A stretch of 64,000 nt of DNA from a virus, in the IMG/VR virus record IMGVR_UViG_3300025652_000032, positions 64,030 through 128,029 of that record. One strand, written 5' to 3'. The translations under genes were made by a program, and so were the position numbers. This document shows, one piece after another, positions 50,855 to 59,969 of this stretch (the first letter of the stretch is position 1; each line of letters begins with the position of its first letter). The notes under the pieces were generated by a model. It was not told the DNA's origin and did not search any database. It worked only from the letters and a program-made list of their open reading frames with translations.

Positions 50855-53587
50855 TCAACCACTACCGGGGAGAGAACAAGGATTGGGGTTACATCGGCCG
50901 CCTCTGAAGGTGTGCCCGATCCGGGCACAATCCTCTGGTGTCCTTTGGGAACACAGACCAAACGGTGAACAACATGCACCGGGTGTTTCCTCTGGTGGAT
51001 CCTCACCACAGATACAATCCATCAACGCGAAGAGCGGTGCGCCTTGAAAGCATGTGCATGGTTCATTACTCTGTCCCGAACATTGACACTCCGACTCACA
51101 CGATGGGGCAGGTGTACAATTATTTTCGTCACACCAGTTGAATGGACAAGTCGGATCACATAATCTAGTCGGATCCGGTACGCAATCTCCACCCTGACAG
51201 AATTTACAGTCCGGACATCCACCCACACAGGATCCACCCACACAACTACCACACGGAGTGTCAGCACATTCTACACAACCAACTCCCGGTACACAACTTT
51301 CACACGCGGCAGGATCACAGCAACTTCCTTCGCAGCATATTTGTCCGTTCGGACAACAGGTTCCATCTCCACAACATACTTCGTCCTCGACGCAACAATA
51401 AATTGAGTTGTCGGTAAAGTCATCACAGCACTTGTTTCCTGCCGAGCAACACGATCCATCATCACAACAGTCTCCGTCACAAGTCGAGTTCCCACATTGA
51501 CCAATACCATTAAGAAAGTCTAAGAATTCACACTCTTGACATGTACCATTACATGGATCTGGTAATCCCATGTTCTGGGGTGTATTACAAAACCCGACTC
51601 CAGTTCCTTGTGAAAGATCACACACCAGACAACCAGTACAAGCAACCGGACATCCGGGATCTTGACATTGACAATCTACACAAAATTGTCCGTTAGGGCA
51701 GTTATTATTGTTGGAAGATGTACATTCAGAAAACACAGTTCCGGGGATTGGAAGACAAGTATCACAACAACCACATATAGTTTCGTCAGTCTCACACACT
51801 AAACCATTCCAGATTTGACAATCCTCACAGTTATCATCACATAGACATGTGGATGGGTTTAGCGTTGTTCCGGTCGGACAAAAAGGTGGATCTGAACAAT
51901 TACCATCTCCATCACAACTAGAACATACTGGACAATTTTCAACGCAAAAATGATTATCCCCAGAACTGGTACACTCTTCACAGTTTCGGCAAACCGGAAT
52001 GTTACATTCACAATCAGGTTCTTCGCGGGTAAAACAAGGATCACAGTCAGTTACCGTACACCTATTTCCGCCTGGTATTTGACTACATTCTTCACACGGT
52101 GGACAATCGCCGTCTGAATCACACTGATCACAACCACTACCCTCACCACATCCGAATTCTGAAGGACAGCAGAACCCACCGGGACAACAGTCAAATCCGG
52201 GATCACATTCCTGTCCGGGACAATTACAGTTATCAGTTGTGGGGTTGTCTACACACTCCCCATTTTGACACCATGTGCAATTTAACCCATCAGTTCCACA
52301 TGAAGTTTCGTTGTCTTTCGGTGTGCATGTACCCACACCATTTTCGTTTAGACTGCATTCTGTGCATTCATTGCCACAATCTGCATCCACCTCACAAGCA
52401 GATTGGGCACAACCAAATCCATCAATACACCTTTGTACTATGTTCCCTGGCCCGTTGGCACCGAATTCCTGTGCATTGCAGCAGTTAAAGGAGTCACTAA
52501 CTCCGTTAATAAAGTTTTCACAACAAACATGACCTACCTTGCAATCACAATTAGTCCCATCCTCTTGATCCCTTGCCAGTCGGCATATACCACCATCGAT
52601 CGCCGCCAGACAATTACAGAAGACGGACCCGAACACTGGATGGACACAATCTACACAATTTTCTTGATCACCGTCAATAAGTTCTCGTACTCCAATGGTT
52701 TGACTGGGGACCCCCGCCATATCCACATCAAGACACACACTGTTACAAGGGCAGTCTTCACATATACAAGTCCCTGAGATACATTTAGAATTACATGAAG
52801 TACAATCTCCGTCATTATTACATTCTGGTGGAGCAACTGGATCACATGGATTTATGTTTTGGGTATCACATGTTCCCATGATATCAATAACGTCAGTCGC
52901 ATTTATAAATTCAATATCAATGATTGTTGATACTTGTGGAACAAGTCGAAGATCAACTGTATCTGAAATAATAGTCGGTGTTGGTGGATTCGTCTCGATC
53001 TCGGCGGGAGCATCCTTCCAAGACAACATGTAAAAAGTCTGTTCTCCCCATGTAGTAGTATTACTTTCCATTTGAGAGTCGGATCGATTGATTGTATATT
53101 GTCTCTCCTCGAAGATGATGATTGGATTGTCGGGATCTGTAGAATCCTTTCCTGTCCTTGTCATTTTTACGTCAGTTCCAAAAACCTCAATGAAAGATTG
53201 TCTTGCTTCTGGAGTATCAAATAACAGTTCAAAGTAATCCCCGAACGAGAGGCGATCTTCCTGCTGGGCCTTTCCGAACCAAGCAGCACGAACACCCCAA
53301 TCATAGAATGGTACTAGGAAGTTTGGAATATTGGTTCCGTCAAGTGGTTCAAAACGAACACCAGTCATCTGTGTAATCGGTTGAATAAAATTATTGGGTG
53401 GACCAGTTGTGCGAGGAGACCATGGCAATTCTCCTAGTTCACCAACAAGTGGAACAGAATCTTGTCTTGTATTGTCTTCACATCCCACACCAAAGCGAGT
53501 GTCCCAACCCGCCGATCCTTCAGGAAACCACTCAGAATCGTTGGAGTTTAAGTGTATTGTAATTGTATTTGGTCTGTCTGCTGGCAT
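50855..53587 (-). CDS. Extremely cysteine-rich protein translationally coupled to gp5
   Basis: 910 aa; about 128 Cys by hand count in the last ~670 aa; TAATG overlap with the gp5 stop. Confidence 0.8.
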   Translation of the reverse strand: MPADRPNTITIHLNSNDSEWFPEGSAGWDTRFGVGCEDNTRQDSVPLVGELGELPWSPRTTGPPNNFIQPITQMTGVRFEPLDGTNIPNFLVPFYDWGVRAAWFGKAQQEDRLSFGDYFELLFDTPEARQSFIEVFGTDVKMTRTGKDSTDPDNPIIIFEERQYTINRSDSQMESNTTTWGEQTFYMLSWKDAPAEIETNPPTPTIISDTVDLRLVPQVSTIIDIEFINATDVIDIMGTCDTQNINPCDPVAPPECNNDGDCTSCNSKCISGTCICEDCPCNSVCLDVDMAGVPSQTIGVRELIDGDQENCVDCVHPVFGSVFCNCLAAIDGGICRLARDQEDGTNCDCKVGHVCCENFINGVSDSFNCCNAQEFGANGPGNIVQRCIDGFGCAQSACEVDADCGNECTECSLNENGVGTCTPKDNETSCGTDGLNCTWCQNGECVDNPTTDNCNCPGQECDPGFDCCPGGFCCPSEFGCGEGSGCDQCDSDGDCPPCEECSQIPGGNRCTVTDCDPCFTREEPDCECNIPVCRNCEECTSSGDNHFCVENCPVCSSCDGDGNCSDPPFCPTGTTLNPSTCLCDDNCEDCQIWNGLVCETDETICGCCDTCLPIPGTVFSECTSSNNNNCPNGQFCVDCQCQDPGCPVACTGCLVCDLSQGTGVGFCNTPQNMGLPDPCNGTCQECEFLDFLNGIGQCGNSTCDGDCCDDGSCCSAGNKCCDDFTDNSIYCCVEDEVCCGDGTCCPNGQICCEGSCCDPAACESCVPGVGCVECADTPCGSCVGGSCVGGCPDCKFCQGGDCVPDPTRLCDPTCPFNWCDENNCTPAPSCESECQCSGQSNEPCTCFQGAPLFALMDCICGEDPPEETPGACCSPFGLCSQRTPEDCARIGHTFRGGRCNPNPCSLPGSG

Positions 53588-54792
53588 TAGTTTAGATCAA
53601 TCGATGCTGCGTTAAATTTAATTCCACTTGCGTCCCACTTCCCCGTTGAAGCAGCGCCCTGCGCCATAATTTCAATACCACCACTGATCGTCTGGAACAT
53701 TGCCGTCGTTGCTGCTGTAATATTTACAGATGCAGTTGCCGAGTTCATGTTTACTTCGCCCATTGATGATGTCAGTTCCACACCTGCATCACCGGAGAGT
53801 TTAAGTTTACCCTTCGATGTTATCTCGGTGTCACCAGCAGTATTTATCACAGTAGAACCCTTTACGCCGATAGTCATGTTGCTCTTGACTTCTGCATTTA
53901 GACTCTTTTCTATCTGAAGAGTTGCGTCTCCCTTGATGTTACCGAAGACGTTTCCACCCACTTCAAGTCCTGCGTTTCCGCGAACGAGTATGGTGATGTT
54001 GCTGTCCTTTTCACCTTCACCTTTACCACCAACGATTAGGTTTACGTTTCCTTGAACATGAACATATTCATCTCCCGCAATCAGTTCGTACTTATCAGAA
54101 ACAACCTTATGCACTTCTGTGCCTTCTGGGTGGATCTCATTGAAGGTTCCTGATTTGTGGTAGGTGTGGATTCTCTCTGCGCCGGGAGTGTCATCGAATT
54201 CTTGGATGTGTCCTGATAGAGTTTCCTTGACATGATTGAACGGATAGATTGCGAAGTATGGTGATTGTGGTTCGTTCCAATTGCCACCAGAACTATTCGC
54301 AGTCGGAACACCTTGATAATAAGTGTCTTGCGCCTTCTTACCAATCGCAGTATCGTTTACGTTCTCATTTCTTGCAAGTCTACTTACGTCCTGCTCTCCA
54401 ACCTGAGAGTGTCCGTGCTTCGACGTTTCGAATGGAAGGATACCACTCGGATCACTAAATCCTTCATTTGGATTTGATGGATTTTGTGGTATTCCGGGAA
54501 TCGAACCCAACATGATAGGTTGCTGGGCGTCATCGCCGTCACGGAAGAAACCGAAAACGTGGGATCCCGGTAACAACCCAGTGGGGGACTCACCTATGCC
54601 ACATAAAGCAGCACTAGTGATGGGTTGTACCGGGTATGCCCACGGTAAATCTTCGGTCTTGATTTTGTTTTTATCTGGAACATGGAAACCAAAAATACGC
54701 ACGCGACATCTACCGAGTTTTAAAGGATCACCAATATCCTCTACAACACCTTGCCACCAAACGAATCCCTGTTTTCCAAAAAATGTTTCCAT
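53587..54792 (-). CDS. gp5: Baseplate central spike protein (OB-fold plus beta-helix; no lysozyme domain)
   Basis: 401 aa; FVWWQGVVED..DPLKLGRCRVRIFGFH, DLPWA, VFGFFRDG..AQQP, YPFNHVKET.SGHIQEFDDTPGAERIH.YHKSGTF, then beta-helix repeats. Confidence 0.9.
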   Translation of the reverse strand: METFFGKQGFVWWQGVVEDIGDPLKLGRCRVRIFGFHVPDKNKIKTEDLPWAYPVQPITSAALCGIGESPTGLLPGSHVFGFFRDGDDAQQPIMLGSIPGIPQNPSNPNEGFSDPSGILPFETSKHGHSQVGEQDVSRLARNENVNDTAIGKKAQDTYYQGVPTANSSGGNWNEPQSPYFAIYPFNHVKETLSGHIQEFDDTPGAERIHTYHKSGTFNEIHPEGTEVHKVVSDKYELIAGDEYVHVQGNVNLIVGGKGEGEKDSNITILVRGNAGLEVGGNVFGNIKGDATLQIEKSLNAEVKSNMTIGVKGSTVINTAGDTEITSKGKLKLSGDAGVELTSSMGEVNMNSATASVNITAATTAMFQTISGGIEIMAQGAASTGKWDASGIKFNAASIDLN

Positions 54793-54794
54793 TA

Positions 54795-54953
54795 TTACTC
54801 GCTAACTGGTGATTGCCAATTTCGGGCGGCCCATTTCTCCGCCCACTGCTTCCATTCCTGTAACTCTTCGTTGCTATAATCCTTCTTTCGTTCCCACGCC
54901 TTAAATCGTTCCTCGAAAGAATCAAACTCTTGCTTCTCATTGAAATTTAACAT
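54795..54953 (-). CDS. Small Trp-rich hypothetical protein (52 aa)
   Basis: Hand translation MLNFNEKQEFDSFEERFKAWERKKDYSNEELQEWKQWAEKWAARNWQSPVSE; fills the gp27-gp5 gap exactly. Not in the ORF track. Confidence 0.6.
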   Translation of the reverse strand: MLNFNEKQEFDSFEERFKAWERKKDYSNEELQEWKQWAEKWAARNWQSPVSE

Positions 54954-54954
54954 T

Positions 54955-56292
54955 TTAATCTCCTGCATTCATAAATTCAAATGGTAGCGAATCCCGTGAC
55001 AATTCTAGTCTTGTTGTGTAACCTTTTTCTTTATTTATCACATGCTGAAGACTAGTTACGAGATATCTACCGGACAACATTCTATCCTTTGGATCTAATG
55101 ATCCATCTTCTATAGGTTCCAATTTTGGAACATCCAAACTTACCACATCGCCAACTCTCCTATTTGAGTCACCCGAAACAATGATGGAAAGGGAAGACGA
55201 TCTTGCCCTTAAAATTGATGATCTTCTCTTTAGAGTAAAATCGGAATACCGAAAATTATCATCAATCCCATCTTGAGATAACGAACTAGTACCAACGAAG
55301 TTAAAATTGGACTGTACGTTTTTATTCACATTCAAGTTAGAATCCCTCGCAATGAGTGGGTGGGTTTCTACTGAATCAGTTTTATCGAAATGTTCGAGGT
55401 AATCGAACTGCCGCGAAGAATATTCTTTAGTCACCAAATCCAACGAAACAATCTCACTAGCATAAACACCATTATCAATTTCTTTCACTTTATCAAAATG
55501 TCTGTTAAACCTCAAGTCTTCTATCTGACAAAATTTCTTTACCAACCCTTCATCGGTAGAAATATCTACAGGAAGATTTGATTGGTTGTAATTATACTCG
55601 ACAAGTGGACTACCCGATGCCAACTCGTGTAAACTTCGAAAGTGGTATCCATCCATATTTTCATATAACAGGAAACTGCAATCTTCTATATTTGATGACG
55701 ACACCGCCCTTTTCGCCAACCAATTCATAGTTTTATATGTTCCCCAATTTGGAATGATGAATGAATGTGTATTCGTAGTGGGTTGTGTAGTGACAAGTGG
55801 ATTTGATAATTTAGACTCTGCAATTTTGCTAACAATCTCAGATATAGTTCCCTTGTACGATCCTTGAACTTTACTCTGCATCGAAAGATATGCATCTTCT
55901 GATATGAAACCCAATGTAACTTCTTTACCTTTACCAGTATATGCCAATTGCAATTGATTATAGTTTGTAACGTAAAATTTCTTCTTTACCATTATACCCG
56001 ACATCCCCGGAGTAGTAAAGGAAATTTGTATGTAATCCTGTCCGTTCAATTCTAGTCTATCAGTTAAATTGGCAAAGTCCAGAAACTTCACTTCGCCGTA
56101 CATGAAGTTTTGGTATAGACTCTCTGATACTACGAGATTGATAAGACCTGTTTGGTTCACTATGTCGATAGCAAGTTTATTTGGACCAAAGAGAACAAGT
56201 TCTTCCATGGCATAATCACCAAACCCAGTCCATCTAGTCAGGTCTTTTGGTTTTACAAATTCTGCTCTGTGTTTGGACTCATAATCAGGCAT
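54955..56292 (-). CDS. Baseplate hub protein (gp27/phage-D-like)
   Basis: 445 aa; FIIPNW...MNWLAKRA, FLLYENMDGYHFRSL, GDSNRRVGDVV and SGRYLVTSLQH motifs; lies between gp53 and gp5. Confidence 0.78.
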   Translation of the reverse strand: MPDYESKHRAEFVKPKDLTRWTGFGDYAMEELVLFGPNKLAIDIVNQTGLINLVVSESLYQNFMYGEVKFLDFANLTDRLELNGQDYIQISFTTPGMSGIMVKKKFYVTNYNQLQLAYTGKGKEVTLGFISEDAYLSMQSKVQGSYKGTISEIVSKIAESKLSNPLVTTQPTTNTHSFIIPNWGTYKTMNWLAKRAVSSSNIEDCSFLLYENMDGYHFRSLHELASGSPLVEYNYNQSNLPVDISTDEGLVKKFCQIEDLRFNRHFDKVKEIDNGVYASEIVSLDLVTKEYSSRQFDYLEHFDKTDSVETHPLIARDSNLNVNKNVQSNFNFVGTSSLSQDGIDDNFRYSDFTLKRRSSILRARSSSLSIIVSGDSNRRVGDVVSLDVPKLEPIEDGSLDPKDRMLSGRYLVTSLQHVINKEKGYTTRLELSRDSLPFEFMNAGD

Positions 56293-57220
56293 TTAATAAA
56301 TTATCCAATGATGTATCAATTGTGTTTAAGTATTTTGGATGAAGGAGTTTTATATTTTTCTTGTCATCATTCAACTCTTCTTCGTAATTTTGTATCGTGA
56401 TTACATTGTTGTTTGAGTTGTCGCCACATATTCCCATATAAGCACCAAGATTCGTCGCATAAAATTTTACTATGCTTTCAACAACTCCGCCGGTGCTTCC
56501 CAATACTGCCGTTTCATTGTTTACTTCAGCGAGGGGATTTAGATATTCGAAATCCCCGGTAATTCCACTTCTACCATCAAAATGGTGAACTGCACTCGGT
56601 GTAGTTGTAACTCGCTGAACTGTTGCGATTTTCCTACTTCCCGCCGTGGCGCCAGTTGCAATTCTATCACCCTCTTGGAATGTTCGTGTGTAATACTTCA
56701 GAGTTAGTTTACTGAGATCAGGATCCCAAGAGTGGACAAGTGCTTCTCCATCTAGACTGAAATACGCACCTTCTTTGTTTGTTTCTCCGTCTGTGTGATA
56801 GATCGTTTCGTTCTTAATAAACTTTCCAGTGAACATATTCTTGACATCAACTCCATCACCATCGCCCCCTGTTCCACCAGAACCACCACCAGAAAGGAAA
56901 AGAGAAATTCCGGGGTATGTCTTCTCTATCCAGTTTTCGAACGTCAAGTTATCGAGAGTCCAATCATAGTACGGATGAATTATATCATTGAAGAGGAGAA
57001 CCAACCAGTGAAATTCTGGGTTGCCATATAATTTATCTGCTATGATCTCGGGAGTATCACCGTCCTGTACTGTATACTCAAGAAACATTTCGGTTTGATC
57101 CTTTAACTCAGGAGAAAACCCAATACGTTTCATGATATTGACAACGGCCTTTTGCTTTACTTCCGAATTTTGAAGGAACGGATACCTTGTTAGGGGAAAC
57201 TTACTAAAAAATGCCATCAA
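56285..57220 (-). CDS. gp53: Baseplate wedge subunit with internal insertion
   Basis: 311 aa; FFSKFP, YTVQDGDTPEIIADKLYGNPEFHWLVLLFNDI..PYYDW and YEEELNDDKKNIKLLHPKYL motifs. Confidence 0.85.
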   Translation of the reverse strand: MMAFFSKFPLTRYPFLQNSEVKQKAVVNIMKRIGFSPELKDQTEMFLEYTVQDGDTPEIIADKLYGNPEFHWLVLLFNDIIHPYYDWTLDNLTFENWIEKTYPGISLFLSGGGSGGTGGDGDGVDVKNMFTGKFIKNETIYHTDGETNKEGAYFSLDGEALVHSWDPDLSKLTLKYYTRTFQEGDRIATGATAGSRKIATVQRVTTTPSAVHHFDGRSGITGDFEYLNPLAEVNNETAVLGSTGGVVESIVKFYATNLGAYMGICGDNSNNNVITIQNYEEELNDDKKNIKLLHPKYLNTIDTSLDNLLNA

Positions 57221-58650
57221 TAACCCTCCAAGATGTCATCCTTAACATTGATGTCGAGTTCTTTGAATGTCAGAGACATGGTTGTTGCGACTGGCGCACC
57301 ACTACCGAAAGCACTGAAGTTCCCGTTCGGCGTGAAATCTACGTTGACTTCTGTTAATGCACAATCACGCATTTTTAGGAGAAACGGATTTTCCACAACG
57401 CTGTTCATGTTTCTCTTATAGAATTTTATTGCGAATATGGATGGTGGCACAAGGAAGTTTCCGCCAGTTGCTAATGCTGGTGCAGAATGGAAGCGGAACA
57501 TCTTAATGATTGCTTCTACCATCTGTGATTCTTTCAGGTTTCTAGGATAAAACTCATAAGAAAACTCGAATGTTCTGAGTTCGGGTGAGTTGTATACAAG
57601 TTCTTTTCTCGGGTTGATCGCTTTACCAAGAAGTTGGGTCGCTGCGGACTCTAACTCTGTGTCCATTCCGATGACACTAGCAACACTGTCTAACGCACCG
57701 ATTGCTTTTCTCATCGCTATTGGGCCTGCTGCTTGAATCATATTCATGGCCTCTTTGCCCGCATCTCCGAAGTTACCAGACATCAATGCTTTTCCTGCGG
57801 CCGCAAGAGCAGTTGTTGATTGTCCCAAAATAGAGGCAAACAATAAACTGGGTGTATCATAACTCTGCAAAGAAAGATTATTGATTTTGTGTGGCATGTA
57901 AAGGAAGCAAGTATCTTTTGACTTATACTTCTTCTGTCGCAGAGTTCTGGTTGGGTTTGGAGTTCGTACTCGTTTGTTTACCCCACCTCTGTAGTTTTGA
58001 TTGCCCATAAAATCAACTCTTTGTTGAATTATTTCATCACTCGAAAGTCTAACTGACTGCACAGTATCAATTCGTTCTGTTATGACACCTGTCGTATTTG
58101 CACCAGTTCCTGCATTTCGATTCGTAATTGCTCTCTGTCTATAGATGGGATCGCCCGGGACCTCTTTGCTGCGGGTTGGTTGATACCCAATTGGTGTCAA
58201 CCCCATATTTGCTATATCCTCATCGCTCATCTGAGCAACGCGATCCTTCCATGAATTGTCCTCTTCATTTAGTGGATTTTCTTTAAGGAGTGTACTGAGT
58301 CTATCAGCATTTCGTAATTGGGCACTCTGTGTTTCATACATGTTGAACTGCATGAAGTGTGTAGTATCTGCATCGGGACTCGTCGCAAGATCAATAGGGA
58401 AAGCAAAAACAGATGAGTTTGATGGGTTATTTGTCGTCTTGTATAAATTTGCAAGCGGACCTTCGGCCTTGTTCAACTCATTTTCATATCTACGAGAAGG
58501 ATCTAACCGATTTGCCTCATAATCACCAGTATAAATTTCAACAGCATTTTGATTACTATAGAAAGAATTCCTGTTTTGGGAGATATCCTTTGCTCCCTCT
58601 ATAATATTGGAAACCATCCCGTTATCTTGTTGTCCGTCGAATGCGGTCAT
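57217..58650 (-). CDS. gp48: Baseplate tail-tube cap
   Basis: 477 aa; INPRKELVYNSPELRTFEFSYEFYPRN..ES, C.LTEVNVDFTP and MSLTFKEL motifs. Confidence 0.85.
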   Translation of the reverse strand: MTAFDGQQDNGMVSNIIEGAKDISQNRNSFYSNQNAVEIYTGDYEANRLDPSRRYENELNKAEGPLANLYKTTNNPSNSSVFAFPIDLATSPDADTTHFMQFNMYETQSAQLRNADRLSTLLKENPLNEEDNSWKDRVAQMSDEDIANMGLTPIGYQPTRSKEVPGDPIYRQRAITNRNAGTGANTTGVITERIDTVQSVRLSSDEIIQQRVDFMGNQNYRGGVNKRVRTPNPTRTLRQKKYKSKDTCFLYMPHKINNLSLQSYDTPSLLFASILGQSTTALAAAGKALMSGNFGDAGKEAMNMIQAAGPIAMRKAIGALDSVASVIGMDTELESAATQLLGKAINPRKELVYNSPELRTFEFSYEFYPRNLKESQMVEAIIKMFRFHSAPALATGGNFLVPPSIFAIKFYKRNMNSVVENPFLLKMRDCALTEVNVDFTPNGNFSAFGSGAPVATTMSLTFKELDINVKDDILEGY

Positions 58651-58686
58651 GCAATTTTTCTCCTATGGTTCTACTACATACTATAT

Positions 58687-59121
58687 ATGGCATACAAAGG
58701 AAAGTATAAACCAAAGTATCCAGAGAAATACGACGGTGATCCCACCAAAATTGTGTATAGAAGTCTCTGGGAACGAAGGTTCATGGTTTACTGTGATAAG
58801 AACAAGTCTATCTTGTCATGGGGATCTGAGACTGTGGTTGTCCCATATAAATCCCCTGTCGATAATAAATTACACCGTTACTATGTAGATTTTATAGTGA
58901 CTTCAATCAATAGAAATGGTCACAAAGAAACCACATTGATTGAGATCAAACCAAAAAAACAATGCAAACCCCCAGAGAAGAAGAAGCGAGTCTCTAGATC
59001 ATACATCAATGAGGTGAAGCGATGGGGTGTGAATTCTGCTAAATGGAAGTACGCGATGGATTATGCAGAAAATCGCGGATGGAAATTTAAAATCCTAACA
59101 GAAGAGGTATTGTTTAAGTGA
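58687..59121 (+). CDS. gp4: Head completion nuclease
   Basis: MAYKGKYKP..PEKY.GDPTKIVYRSLWER.FM, W.SE...VPYKSP.D.K.HRYYVDF and IEIKPKKQ motifs. Start placed at ATG 58687 (144 aa). Confidence 0.92.
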   Translation: MAYKGKYKPKYPEKYDGDPTKIVYRSLWERRFMVYCDKNKSILSWGSETVVVPYKSPVDNKLHRYYVDFIVTSINRNGHKETTLIEIKPKKQCKPPEKKKRVSRSYINEVKRWGVNSAKWKYAMDYAENRGWKFKILTEEVLFK

Positions 59122-59969
59122 GCGAAAATAGAAAAAATCGAAGATCGGAGATGTTCAAATCTATTGCAAAAGACCTTAGAGAAATAAGTTCTGCACTCAG
59201 ATCCGAACCCGATGTTCCTGCACCAAAAAACAGAATGCTGTATGAGGCCGCAGAGTTCACTAGACCAAAGTCAGAAAAAGAAGTAGAAGAAAAAATAAAT
59301 CAACGAGATCTAATCAAAGGAATTTCTAAATTAGACTACACTGATCTAAAACTGAACGTATTCGATGCGATTAAAGAAGTTCGTGACGCTGTAAACGCAC
59401 CAACCGATGGCGAAGCAGCATTGAAGTGGATGGAACTTGCAATCAGTCAATTATATGAGGATGCAGATCTATCAGTGGAAGAGAGATTCCTTCGAGATGA
59501 AAAGCGTCTCATATCTACATCAGGTTTCAAGCGTCCCGGTGAGATGTTCATGTTCAACTACGAACCCAGAACCAGATCAAAACTAGAATTCTATGATACT
59601 TTCCCTCTGATTTATTTGGTAAAGGTTGAACCGGGTAAGTTACATGGACTAAATCTGCACTATCTGCCACCCAAAATCAGGACTATATTTTTCATGAACC
59701 TACAACAACTCAGAACTGGTATCGGAACAGAAGCACGCCTGGGTAAACTTGATATTAGTATATTAAAGGCATCGAATCGGTATAAATACTTTAGACCATG
59801 TTATAGAGTTTATTCTATGAAGAGAATCAACTCCAGAATGTTGAAGATACCAGCAGAGGATTGGCCAATTGCAATACAACTTCCTCTGGAGAGATTTAAG
59901 AAAACGTCGAAGTATAATGTTTGGACCGACAGTAGAAGAACAATCGCACAACGAAGAGGAGAAATCTGA
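59118..59969 (+). CDS. gp2: DNA end protector protein
   Basis: 283 aa; PGEMFMFNYEP, LEFYDTFPL, GLNLHYLPP and W..AIQLP.ERF motifs. Confidence 0.87.
   Translation: MSENRKNRRSEMFKSIAKDLREISSALRSEPDVPAPKNRMLYEAAEFTRPKSEKEVEEKINQRDLIKGISKLDYTDLKLNVFDAIKEVRDAVNAPTDGEAALKWMELAISQLYEDADLSVEERFLRDEKRLISTSGFKRPGEMFMFNYEPRTRSKLEFYDTFPLIYLVKVEPGKLHGLNLHYLPPKIRTIFFMNLQQLRTGIGTEARLGKLDISILKASNRYKYFRPCYRVYSMKRINSRMLKIPAEDWPIAIQLPLERFKKTSKYNVWTDSRRTIAQRRGEI

Noticed and set aside
54728-54940. 70-aa ORF from the track
   Set aside because: It overlaps gp5 out of frame. The 52-aa ORF at 54795-54953 fits the gap cleanly.
4990-57220. Several proteins end in Gly-rich ...Y (GGGY, GGGSY, GGDIY, QGNTY, EGNY, EGY)
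   Set aside because: C-terminal aromatic residues are common in T4-like neck and baseplate proteins, and the sample is too small to call a sorting signal.
58549-58686. Upstream extension of gp4 given in the track
   Set aside because: It overlaps the divergent gp48 start. Conserved gp4 begins at MAYKG (58687).
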